Shown here piece after piece: positions 1 to 7,237 of a DNA stretch of 64,000 nucleotides (positions within the stretch are counted from its first letter, which is position 1; each line of letters begins with the position of its first letter). The notes under the pieces were generated by a model. That model was not told the origin of the DNA. It searched no databases and worked only from the letters and a program-made list of their open reading frames with translations. Source of the stretch: a virus; the IMG/VR virus record IMGVR_UViG_3300050014_000899; one strand, written 5' to 3'. The position numbers and the translations under genes were made by a program.

Positions 1-106
1 CTAGTGCAAAAAGTGGCGGATCAAAATTAACCCCCGAAGAATTAGCTCGTTTATTGGCAATCTATTCTGCTTTGGATGATAAAATTTTCAGAAAACAATT
101 AGCATA

Positions 107-640
107 ATGTTCTCCAGAGAAATGACCCCAATGACTCTTGGCATCGGAATTGAAGCCAAGATACAAGCAAGAATGGAAGGAATGGGTAAACTCAGAAAGG
201 GGTTACCGGATTCTATTGTATGGTCAATTCGTCATAATGAACGTGGGTTTTTTGAATATTTTTTAGCTCAGGAAGGAGCAATTGAAAAATGTTTGGAAAA
301 TTCAGATATTTCAAAAGAGATAGTTCATAAAAATGCTCATTGGGCTTTAAAGAGTATTGTGGAAAAATCCCCGGATAAAGCATCTATGAAAATTTTACCT
401 AAAGTCATTGTTAGAAATAACGGTAATATGCTTCAGCTTCTTTTAGAAAAATGGGGAGAATACTATAAGACCATGCAAGATTTCAAAAAGAGGTTATTTA
501 TGGCACTGTCTAATATGGATGGAACCAAAAAACTAAAACCGCCGACGATTAAGTCTTTGGAATACTTTTTTACTCTTGAAGAAATAGACGATATTCTGAT
601 CAAAAGAGGGCAGGCTCATGTAATAATTAACCTATCATGA
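107..640 (+). CDS. hypothetical protein with N-terminal F-x-R...P...L-x-IG motif
   Basis: ORF; MFSREMTPMTLGIG shared with paralogous N-termini. Confidence 0.7.
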   Translation: MFSREMTPMTLGIGIEAKIQARMEGMGKLRKGLPDSIVWSIRHNERGFFEYFLAQEGAIEKCLENSDISKEIVHKNAHWALKSIVEKSPDKASMKILPKVIVRNNGNMLQLLLEKWGEYYKTMQDFKKRLFMALSNMDGTKKLKPPTIKSLEYFFTLEEIDDILIKRGQAHVIINLS

Positions 641-978
641 ACTTTGAAAGAACAAATAATCCTTTAAAATCTCTTGATATTGGAAAAGATAGAATGCTCA
701 AAATTGGGGATTCTTTTACGGTTCATATCGGAGATATGAAAGTTCCAGTTGTTGCTACTTCTGATGAAACCAGAAATAAGCATTTCTATATGGAGAAAAC
801 CGATTGTTTTGGTCAAAAAGAATATACCGGATATGAGGTTCGACAGGTGGGGTACAATGGATCTTTATACATCGGAATTGCAGAATGGAGAGAAAATTGT
901 GAACACCCCAAATGGGAACATACAGATCATCCAGAAGATTTTCGAAAAATAAATCCAGAAGATGGAAGTTATATGTAG
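637..978 (+). CDS. hypothetical protein, FER..P..LDIG N-terminal motif family
   Basis: MNFERTNNPLKSLDIG; ATGA overlap with upstream gene. Confidence 0.75.
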   Translation: MNFERTNNPLKSLDIGKDRMLKIGDSFTVHIGDMKVPVVATSDETRNKHFYMEKTDCFGQKEYTGYEVRQVGYNGSLYIGIAEWRENCEHPKWEHTDHPEDFRKINPEDGSYM

Positions 979-1333
979 ATTTGAACGTAGAGCTGATCCG
1001 ATTAAAACATTAGATATTGGTAATGCTAGGATTCTTCGAAAAGGAGATATGTTTGAGGTTACCCTTCCCTATTTACTTTGTGATTGTGATTGTGATGGGC
1101 AAGGGTATACTCATAGATGCATTGCAGTCAAGGATGAAAAAACAATGATTCTGATGAATATAGGAAAGTATAAAATTCCTCAATTGGTGACTTCCGAAAA
1201 CAGGGACAGAATTAAAGATTATACTGAACGTAGGGAAATAGAATTTTATCTTCTTAATGTTGGATATGGAACAGCATATTTTGATGAAAAATTGAATATT
1301 TGGAAAATCGAAGAAAATGAATCGATAAGATGA
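962..1333 (+). CDS. hypothetical protein, FER..DP..LDIG N-terminal motif family
   Basis: RFERRADPIKTLDIG; related to 637..978. Confidence 0.75.
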   Translation: MEVICRFERRADPIKTLDIGNARILRKGDMFEVTLPYLLCDCDCDGQGYTHRCIAVKDEKTMILMNIGKYKIPQLVTSENRDRIKDYTERREIEFYLLNVGYGTAYFDEKLNIWKIEENESIR

Positions 1334-1406
1334 ACCTTTAACGAACTTTTAACGTTTAAAATTTTTTTACTAAGAAAACTTTTCGTATAATTGCACTATT
1401 AAACAT

Positions 1407-1493
1407 AATCTGCTTGTGTCTTTGTGAGCAAGGAATCAATGATTACCGGTCTGGATTTTAAATTCAGCGGCGGGAACTAACAGCAAGCAGATT
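1407..1493 (+). ncRNA. putative small structured RNA
   Basis: 10-bp closing stem AATCTGCTTG/CAAGCAGATT, just after TATAATTG promoter-like motif (1386) and followed by a U-tract. Confidence 0.4.
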
Positions 1494-1511
1494 TCTTTTT
1501 ATTTTTGTTTA

Positions 1512-2063
1512 ATGGAAAATTTAATTTATGGTCTTTATTGTCCTATAAGAAAAAAACCAGTTTATGTTGGTCAAACTACTAAAGGAATTGATAGACCCTT
1601 TCAACATATAAAAGAACGATCTCATAGTAAAAAAGTTAATGAGTGGGTTCATGAATTAAAGAAGGATGGATTAACTCCAATAATAGTAATTTTGGAGACT
1701 TTTGAAGATTCTTCATTGTTGGATGATAAAGAAAGATTTTGGGTTCAGAAATTTTTAAACGAAGGCGAATTACTTTTAAATCAACAATTAGTATCCCCTT
1801 TAATTTTAACAGTAGCTGAATTTTCAGAACAGAGGGAAACAACATTTAAAGATGAATTAGCTTTATTTGTTAAGGGAAGGAGAAAAATTTTAAATTTAAC
1901 TCAGCAAAGATTTTGTGAAAAGACTGGGATTGGATTAAGATTTCTTCGAAGTGTTGAGCAAGGAAAATTCAAAAAAGATAATTTTAGTACGAAATCAATT
2001 GAAACTGTACTTTATTATTTAGGAGCAAGATTAACTATAGGACCTTATAAAAAAGAAGAATGA
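1512..2063 (+). CDS. GIY-YIG nuclease fused to XRE-type HTH
   Basis: LIYGL...VYVGQT N-terminal; LTQQRFCEKTGIGLRFLRSVEQG HTH. Confidence 0.75.
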   Translation: MENLIYGLYCPIRKKPVYVGQTTKGIDRPFQHIKERSHSKKVNEWVHELKKDGLTPIIVILETFEDSSLLDDKERFWVQKFLNEGELLLNQQLVSPLILTVAEFSEQRETTFKDELALFVKGRRKILNLTQQRFCEKTGIGLRFLRSVEQGKFKKDNFSTKSIETVLYYLGARLTIGPYKKEE

Positions 2064-2275
2064 AATTATTTCTCTTAAAAAGAAAATTCGATGGATTTGA
2101 TCACTGGGATGTTACAATGGGTCTCGTGGTCGCTGCAGATAATGAAAATGATGCTTGGGAAGTTAATGGAGCAATCAATTTCAATCTTGACCGTCAAGAG
2201 GTAGAAATAACAGAATTAGGGGGAGCAAACCCAAACATTGAAAGAGGAATTATTTTGGAAGATTATAAAAGCTAA
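2060..2275 (+). CDS. hypothetical protein
   Basis: ORF in operon context. Confidence 0.6.
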   Translation: MKLFLLKRKFDGFDHWDVTMGLVVAADNENDAWEVNGAINFNLDRQEVEITELGGANPNIERGIILEDYKS

Positions 2276-2280
2276 ATAAG

Positions 2281-2625
2281 ATGTTAACAGAAAAAAATAC
2301 CGTACTTTTACCTCTTGAAGATTATAATGATCTTAGAGATTTTAAACAGAATCTTGAAAAAAATAATTCTGCTCGAATTACAGGAGGCAGATACAGTGGT
2401 GGAAACTCTTACACTTTTGTGTCTACAGAAGAAACGGTAAAATTGGCTACAAAATTTAATGATGAGCTGATTAAGGAAAATAATGAATTAAGATCTAAAG
2501 TTTCAGAATTGCAAACTTTGAAGGATCTTCCAAAACCGGCACCAGTACCGTTAAACACATACCAACTTAATGAACTCAAAAATATGACAATTTGGGAGTT
2601 CAGAAAATGGAAAAAACAAAAATAA
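2281..2625 (+). CDS. hypothetical protein
   Basis: ORF in operon context. Confidence 0.6.
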   Translation: MLTEKNTVLLPLEDYNDLRDFKQNLEKNNSARITGGRYSGGNSYTFVSTEETVKLATKFNDELIKENNELRSKVSELQTLKDLPKPAPVPLNTYQLNELKNMTIWEFRKWKKQK

Positions 2626-2669
2626 AAATAATTTTACATTAAGTTAAAACTTTTCGGGAAAATCCCGTA

Positions 2670-2676
2670 ATATATA
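2670..2676 (+). promoter_or_regulatory. ATATATA phage promoter-like motif for tRNA operon 1
   Basis: same motif precedes leader 2, the head genes and most homing endonucleases. Confidence 0.55.
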
Positions 2677-2701
2677 GAGAAACTAATAAATACTACAGCA
2701 A

Positions 2702-2806
2702 ATGACAAGGCGTGCAAATATGGATAATTTCGTGGATTGGGGCTTTAATAGAGCAGCCAATAAAGACGGAGGTTATGGATGCCCGCTAAGGTGGAGAGGT
2801 ATTTAA
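2702..2806 (+). CDS. leader peptide 1 (MTRRANMDNFVDWGFNRAANKDGGYGCPLRWRGI) of tRNA operon attenuator
   Basis: 34-aa ORF between promoter and terminator; codons 3-24 encode only amino acids whose tRNAs follow; GGATGCCCGCT (2777-2787) is complementary to the terminator 5' arm. Confidence 0.8.
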   Translation: MTRRANMDNFVDWGFNRAANKDGGYGCPLRWRGI

Positions 2807-2833
2807 CGAGGTAGTTAAAAAAATCTTTATATT

Positions 2834-2866
2834 AAGCGGGATCCCAACAGGTCCCGCTTTTCTTTT
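2834..2866 (+). terminator. attenuator terminator of tRNA operon 1
   Basis: AAGCGGGATC-ccaaca-GGTCCCGCTT then TTCTTTT, immediately before the first tRNA sequence. Confidence 0.85.
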
Positions 2867-2878
2867 GATTAAAATTAT

Positions 2879-2911
2879 GGAGCTTAAGCTAATCTAGTGA
2901 AAGCACTAACT
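2879..2911 (+). pseudogene. truncated tRNA 5' half (Phe-like D arm)
   Basis: GGAGCTT-AA-GCT-AATCTAGTGAA-AGC then no anticodon or T arm. Confidence 0.45.
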
Positions 2912-2933
2912 CATCTAAATTTCTCTACTTTAT

Positions 2934-3020
2934 GGTCTCAGGAGCTGCTAGGCGTGGCTGCCGGACTGTCACTCCGGAACAGGTAAAACTGACAGGTGGG
3001 TTCGAATCCCATTGAGACCG
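2934..3020 (+). tRNA. tRNA-Asp(GTC), long variable arm
   Basis: ccgga-CT GTC AC-tccgg; T arm gtggg TTCGAAT cccat. Confidence 0.85.
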
Positions 3021-3075
3021 CAACAAATATGCTCGGTAAAGCCTCTTATGATAAATAACGTAACTGAGTACTTAT

Positions 3076-3152
3076 AGGGGTGTAGTTCAAGTGGTAGAAT
3101 AGTGGTCTCCAAAACCAAAGGTTTGCGGGTTCGAGTCCTGCCACCCCTGCCA
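3076..3152 (+). tRNA. tRNA-Trp(CCA)
   Basis: cloverleaf, loop CT CCA AA, encoded CCA end. Confidence 0.92.
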
Positions 3153-3242
3153 GAGATTTAGTATATGTGAAGACTTGAAGGACTTTGGCCCTTGATTTTA
3201 GAGCTTACATACTTTCATGCCAATGAAGGAACTAAATCACAA

Positions 3243-3316
3243 GGGGAATTAGCTCAGTTGGCTAGAGCACCTGCCCTGCAAGCAGGGGGTCACGAGTTCG
3301 ACTCTCGTATTCTCCA
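3243..3316 (+). tRNA. tRNA-Ala(TGC)
   Basis: G3:U70 pair; loop CC TGC AA (C33). Confidence 0.9.
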
Positions 3317-3360
3317 CTCGAGGATGTTCGGCATCATTCAACTCATTCCAAGAAGGTGTC

Positions 3361-3447
3361 AAGTAACGAATGTCTAAGTTAAGTCACAGCGGCCGTACCT
3401 ATAACGGTCAAAATTTCATGCTCGGGCTTTTTTCCGGTTCGTTACTT
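3361..3447 (+). ncRNA. hairpin RNA displaying a 23S rRNA helix-69 mimic
   Basis: closing stem AAGTAACGAA/TTCGTTACTT; GGCCGTACCTATAACGGTC at 3391-3409 matches H69 at 18/19. Confidence 0.6.
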
Positions 3448-3450
3448 TAT

Positions 3451-3523
3451 GCGCTTTTAGCTCAGATGGTAGAGTAGGTGCCTCTTAAGCATCGGGTCCA
3501 GGGTTCGATCCCCTGAAGGCGCA
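3451..3523 (+). tRNA. tRNA-Lys(CTT)
   Basis: ggtgc-CT CTT AA-gcatc. Confidence 0.92.
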
Positions 3524-3608
3524 CAAATGAAAGTGAACGGCGCGTCTACCGTTTAATGATTACCGACAAGTTGAAAAAGTCTTGGGCTATAACAGCTTTC
3601 ATTTATTT

Positions 3609-3684
3609 GGGACGTAGGTCAAACGGTTAAGATGTCGGCCTGTCACGCCGTACGGAGCGGGTTCAACTCCCGTACGTCCCGCCA
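3609..3684 (+). tRNA. tRNA-Asp(GTC)
   Basis: loop CT GTC AC; GCCA end. Confidence 0.92.
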
Positions 3685-3786
3685 ATATGTAGTAAGAAAA
3701 GGGTTACATCGGTTATGATTGGTTCGATTCCAATTTTACCCTGCGAAAGCTCGGGTGAATTAAAGCTCTTTTCAATTTTCTCATAT
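3685..3786 (+). ncRNA. Y RNA (YrlA)-like RNA 1
   Basis: GTAGTAA..GGGTTACATCG...CTC..TTTTCTC scaffold enclosing a T arm and loop-closed acceptor stem. Confidence 0.6.
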
Positions 3787-3792
3787 CGTTTT

Positions 3793-3866
3793 GTCGATAA
3801 TAGTTTAATGGTAGAATATCCAGCGGTAAAACGAGGGAAGGAACCGGTTCGATTCCGGCTAAGACT
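3793..3866 (+). pseudogene. degenerate tRNA-like element
   Basis: D arm TAGTTTAATGGTAGAATA and T arm CCGG-TTCGATT-CCGG, no regular anticodon arm. Confidence 0.5.
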
Positions 3867-3869
3867 CCT

Positions 3870-4019
3870 GGGAGTATAGCTCAATGGTAGAGCAATTGGC
3901 TGTCTACAGACAGAAGTGTCTGAATAAAAACTTTAGGTGAAGTCTTATGAAGTTAAAGGAATCAAAATCCTCTTCATCTGCTAACCAATAGGTTCTGGGT
4001 TCGAGTCCCTGTGCCCCCG
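3870..4019 (+). tRNA. tRNA (Asn-like body) interrupted by a 78-nt insert in the anticodon loop
   Basis: attgg-CTGT[3904-3981]TAA-ccaat; intact D and T arms; G73. Confidence 0.7.
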
Positions 4020-4086
4020 CTAATAACTAATAAGCAAAAAGATAAAAGTTCGAAACTTTTTCTGAATATATAGTAAAAGATATATT

Positions 4087-4806
4087 ATGAAGAGTTGCGA
4101 AAATTGTCAAAAAGAGCATGAAGGAACTTATGGTTCTGGAAGATTTTGTTCAGCTGAATGTGCTAGGGGATTTAGCACAAAAGAAAAACGTTCTTTGATA
4201 AATGAAAAAATAAGCAAAAAAATGAAAGGATCGGGACATTCTGATATAAAAATAATTTGTCCTATATGCCAAACAGAATTTGAAGTTTCATGGAATAAAA
4301 GAAATCAAAAATTTTGTTCACGAAATTGTTCAATGAGATTTTCTAATTCTCAACCAGAAAATATAAAAAATTTATCTTTAAAAAGAATCAACAAAATACT
4401 TAAAGGACAAGTAAATGATTATGGTATAAAGATGATATATAAATTCAAAAATAAGGATATTAAATGCGATTCAAAAATAGAATTTGCTTGTTTAAATTTT
4501 TTTGAAACTAAAGAGGCATCAGAGATGGAAAGATGCAATCTAATTATTGAATATAAGGATAAAGATAAAATAAGAAGATTTAATCCGGATTTTAAAATAA
4601 AAATAGATAATAATATTTATATTGTTGAAGTTAAGAGTTATATGAGTATTAAATCTATAAATGAAAAATGGCGAAATTATAATGAATTATCTAAATTGAA
4701 AAAAGAAGCTTTAATAAATTTTTGTCAATTAAATAACTATATTCCCTTTTGGTTTACAAAAGATTTAAACAGAAATTTTTATAATAATGTTTCGGTCGTA
4801 CTATAA
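4087..4806 (+). CDS. free-standing homing endonuclease, Zn-binding N-terminus plus PD-(D/E)XK (TnsA-like) domain
   Basis: CxxC...FCSxxC repeats; DSKIE...FNPDF...IVEVK. Confidence 0.75.
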   Translation: MKSCENCQKEHEGTYGSGRFCSAECARGFSTKEKRSLINEKISKKMKGSGHSDIKIICPICQTEFEVSWNKRNQKFCSRNCSMRFSNSQPENIKNLSLKRINKILKGQVNDYGIKMIYKFKNKDIKCDSKIEFACLNFFETKEASEMERCNLIIEYKDKDKIRRFNPDFKIKIDNNIYIVEVKSYMSIKSINEKWRNYNELSKLKKEALINFCQLNNYIPFWFTKDLNRNFYNNVSVVL

Positions 4807-4864
4807 TTGGTCAGACTGCACTCTGTTAAAGTGAATAATGTAGGTTCGAATCCTACCCGAAACG
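4789..4864 (+). tRNA. tRNA-Asn(GTT)
   Basis: cact-CT GTT AA-agtg; acceptor GTTTCGG/CCGAAAC; irregular D stem; overlaps endonuclease stop. Confidence 0.75.
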
Positions 4865-4938
4865 CCGCGCCGCCCAAAGGACGGATGCCCTGGTCACACA
4901 AAACCGTATTTGTGCAACTCACCTACGGGGTGAGTATT

Positions 4939-5175
4939 GCCCTGGTAGTTTAACTGGAGGAGGAACATGAAGTTATTAAATGCTCTCAACACTCAGCGCT
5001 GAGATGTTGGTCAAAGAGACATCAGACCTGATAAAAAAGTTAGGGAGGTGCAAAGGCATTTATTAAAGAATGGTGGAATAGCTTGCCATCCAAATTTAAT
5101 TTATGCTGGTAATAGACATTCCGAGAATTCTGGATTCGTTCAGAGGTGTGGGTTCGATTCCCGCTGGGGGTTCCA
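4939..5175 (+). ncRNA. giant tRNA-like RNA (anticodon arm replaced by about 165 nt)
   Basis: 5' acceptor and D arm; 3' T arm gtggg TTCGATT cccgc plus TCCA end. Confidence 0.55.
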
Positions 5176-5183
5176 ATTTTAAA

Positions 5184-5256
5184 GTTCTTTTAGCTCAGTT
5201 GGAAGAGCGCTTCCGTGACATGGAAGAGGCCGTAGATTCGAGTTCTACAAGGAACA
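5184..5256 (+). tRNA. tRNA-Val(GAC)
   Basis: cttcc-GT GAC AT-ggaag. Confidence 0.9.
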
Positions 5257-5261
5257 CAAAC

Positions 5262-5337
5262 AGCGACATAGCTCAGTGTGAGAGCGCTCCCGTTCATAGG
5301 GAGAGGTGCGGAGGTTCAATTCCTTCTGTCGCTACCA
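5262..5337 (+). tRNA. Met-like tRNA with aberrant anticodon loop GTTCATA
   Basis: full cloverleaf with ACCA end; central triplet TCA, CAT off-register. Confidence 0.55.
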
Positions 5338-5338
5338 A

Positions 5339-5440
5339 GGGAGTATAAGCTGTTAGATGCATAAACAGCCATACGGGAGAACGGCGAATTTGGTGCTAAG
5401 ACCATCATCCGCTGAGAGGGTTCGAATCCCTTTACTTCCA
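5339..5440 (+). tRNA. non-canonical Ala-acceptor tRNA-like RNA
   Basis: GGGAGTA/TACTTCC-A (G3:U70), T arm, no D arm, TGC in the first hairpin loop. Confidence 0.5.
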
Positions 5441-5505
5441 CGAAATTCACTGTGAAGGTGAAATTTAATTTTCTTTCCAAAAGTTCGAACATAAGAAAGA
5501 AGATT

Positions 5506-5580
5506 TGCGATATAGAGCAGTGTTAGCTCGCTCCCGGGAAAAGGGAGAGGTCGGAGGTTCAATTCCTTCTGTCGCGACCA
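5506..5580 (+). tRNA. initiator-like tRNA body with loop GG GAA AA
   Basis: paralog of 5262..5337; GAGC/GCTC D stem; ACCA end. Confidence 0.55.
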
Positions 5581-5654
5581 GTTCCTTTAGCTCAGCTGGA
5601 AGTAGCGCCACCCCTACATGGTGGATGTCATAGGTTCGATCCCTATAAGGAACA
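5581..5654 (+). tRNA. tRNA-Val(TAC)
   Basis: ccacc-CC TAC AT-ggtgg (C33). Confidence 0.85.
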
Positions 5655-5655
5655 C

Positions 5656-5795
5656 AAACTGTAGTAAAACAGCGAGTTACTTCGTATTCCAAACGACTAG
5701 TCTAGGTGCAAATCCTGGGTCCCCTGCCAAAATTACTTAGGGGATTAGTGTAATAGATAGCACAGTAAAAACACTCAAGTTAAATTTCTCAGTTT
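5656..5795 (+). ncRNA. Y RNA (YrlA)-like RNA 2 containing a circularly permuted tRNA-Trp-like domain
   Basis: scaffold GTAGTAA..GAGTTACTTCG...CTC..TTTCTC; order T arm, GTCCCCT-GCCA-linker-AGGGGAT, D arm. Confidence 0.65.
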
Positions 5796-5957
5796 ACGGG
5801 AATGAAACTATTAGGGGGCGGAACCCTTTTATCCACAGTAGGAATAGTGATAAGGAAGCAGGCCGATCACCTGAGTGAGTTCGATTCTCACCATTTCCAC
5901 TAGTAGACCGTTATAATTTCATAGGACTCACATTGGAGAGTACAGCGTAGAAATTAA

Positions 5958-6031
5958 TGGGACACATGTTCCAAGGCAAGGCGAATGAGTTTTGCAAACT
6001 TGTTGGGAGGTTTCGATTACCTTTGTCTCCA
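5958..6031 (+). tRNA. tRNA-Ala(TGC), atypical D arm
   Basis: tgagt-TT TGC AA-acttg; G3:U70; A73. Confidence 0.65.
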
Positions 6032-6036
6032 CACAC

Positions 6037-6132
6037 TGCGGAAGAGTGAAACGGATAGAGATTTTAATTAATTTCGCTATCATCCAGGGCTCATAACCCT
6101 CGGGATATTGGGTTCGACTCCCATTTCCGCTA
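6037..6132 (+). tRNA. tRNA-fMet(CAT) with insertion in the D loop
   Basis: GGG-CT CAT AA-CCC; 1:72 mismatch; enlarged D loop. Confidence 0.75.
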
Positions 6133-6249
6133 CTAAAAACAAATGGCAGCACAACACCTAAAGGGACGCTTTTAAGGTAGTGGCCGAAGCATCGAAAATC
6201 AGAAATGACCTGCCGATGTAAAAAACGAATCCGGGCGTTTGTTTTATAT

Positions 6250-6336
6250 GCCGTCGTGCCAGAGTGGCCAATCGGGGAGGGCTCATATCCCTTGGCTTTT
6301 ATAGCCCCATAGGTTCGAATCCTATCGACGGTACCA
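6250..6336 (+). tRNA. tRNA(CAT) with long variable arm
   Basis: gaggg-CT CAT AT-ccctt; GGCT-tttat-AGCC arm; ACCA end. Confidence 0.8.
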
Positions 6337-6352
6337 AATTTAATGTATAAAA

Positions 6353-6859
6353 ATGTATTATACAATTTACAAAACTACGAATAAATTTAATGGCAAGTTT
6401 TATATCGGAAAGCATCAGACTCAGAAATTAAATGATAATTATTTAGGGTCTGGAAAAGCTTTGGAACTGGCTATTAAGAAATACGGTAAAGAGAATTTTC
6501 AAAAAAGAATTATTTTTGTTTTTGATAATGAAATTTTAATGAATCAAAAAGAAAAAGAAATTGTTACAGAGAATTTTATATCCAGCAATACAAATTATAA
6601 TTGTGGGGTTGGGGGAGAAGGAGGAGCTCAATTCTTAAATAAATCTCACTCTGAAAAAACTAAAAAATTGCTTGCTGAAAAAGCTAAATTAATAAAGCCC
6701 TCTAAAGAAACTAGAGATAAAATATCAGAGGGTAATAGAAAAAGAACATTATCTAAAGAAACAAGAAATAAACTCTCTCAAAAATCTTTCGAGAGATGGA
6801 AAAAATTGCGGGTTGGAGAAAATAGTCATCTCATTGGGCTCATAACCCAAGGTTGCTAG
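6353..6859 (+). CDS. GIY-YIG (Seg-like) homing endonuclease with NUMOD3 repeats
   Basis: TIYKTTN..GKFYIGKH...YLGSG; HSEKTKK repeats. Confidence 0.85.
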   Translation: MYYTIYKTTNKFNGKFYIGKHQTQKLNDNYLGSGKALELAIKKYGKENFQKRIIFVFDNEILMNQKEKEIVTENFISSNTNYNCGVGGEGGAQFLNKSHSEKTKKLLAEKAKLIKPSKETRDKISEGNRKRTLSKETRNKLSQKSFERWKKLRVGENSHLIGLITQGC

Positions 6860-6882
6860 GGCGGTACTAGTGCCCGCTACCA
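6807..6882 (+). tRNA. tRNA-fMet(CAT)
   Basis: ttggg-CT CAT AA-cccaa; 1:72 mismatch; overlaps 3' end of endonuclease ORF. Confidence 0.8.
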
Positions 6883-6887
6883 ATTAA

Positions 6888-6999
6888 GCTGTAGTAACTG
6901 TAAGAATTACTTCGTTGAGTTCGATTCTCAATTTTCCCGCCAGATTTTAAAGGGAAAATCGCCACAAAGGGTGGCATTATTCTTCTAATTTTTCTCAGC
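6888..6999 (+). ncRNA. Y RNA (YrlA)-like RNA 3
   Basis: GCTGTAGTAA..GAATTACTTCG, T arm, loop-closed acceptor stem, TTTTCTCAGC. Confidence 0.6.
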
Positions 7000-7055
7000 G
7001 AAAATACATGCCGGATGACCCCCGTTGTATCACGGTGCCGGCTCCAATAAGGTCA

Positions 7056-7128
7056 GATCTCGTAGCTCAGTTGGTAGAGCACATCCCTTTTAAGGATGGG
7101 GTCCTGGGTTCGAGCCCCAGCGGGATCA
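7056..7128 (+). tRNA. tRNA-Lys(TTT)
   Basis: catcc-CT TTT AA-ggatg. Confidence 0.93.
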
Positions 7129-7129
7129 C

Positions 7130-7235
7130 AATCGTAGTAATGGAAAGAGTTACTTCGTGCTAATGGTTAGCAAAATCCTGTTAAGATTACTTCGCGGTTC
7201 AATTCCGCCTGTTACCTCTTCCGATTTTCTCGATT
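7130..7235 (+). ncRNA. Y RNA-like RNA 4 carrying D, Asn(GTT) anticodon and T arms
   Basis: same scaffold; TGCTAATGGTTAGCA, aatc-CT GTT AA-gatt, gcgg TTCAATT ccgc. Confidence 0.6.
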
Positions 7236-7237
7236 AT

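Noticed and set aside
3320-3360. Resemblance to the 23S GTPase centre (AGGATGTTGGC...TCATTTAAAGAAAGCGT)
   Set aside because: Gapped, lacks the H43 loop, and is explained equally well by a local GATG/CATC hairpin.
4939-5175. tmRNA
   Set aside because: No G3:U70/A73, a full D arm is present, and no convincing tag frame.
5958-6031. tRNA-Cys(GCA)
   Set aside because: Loop register and G3:U70 give TGC (Ala).
3192-6365. ORFs 3192, 3663, 5103, 5353, 5465 and 5928 in the ORF track
   Set aside because: They overlap tRNA/ncRNA genes and are spurious frames; the same applies to 13919 and 14835.
3685-7235. CRISPR array from the repeated GTAGTAA/GTTACTTCG motifs
   Set aside because: Repeats are degenerate, irregularly spaced and enclose tRNA-like structure; no cas genes.
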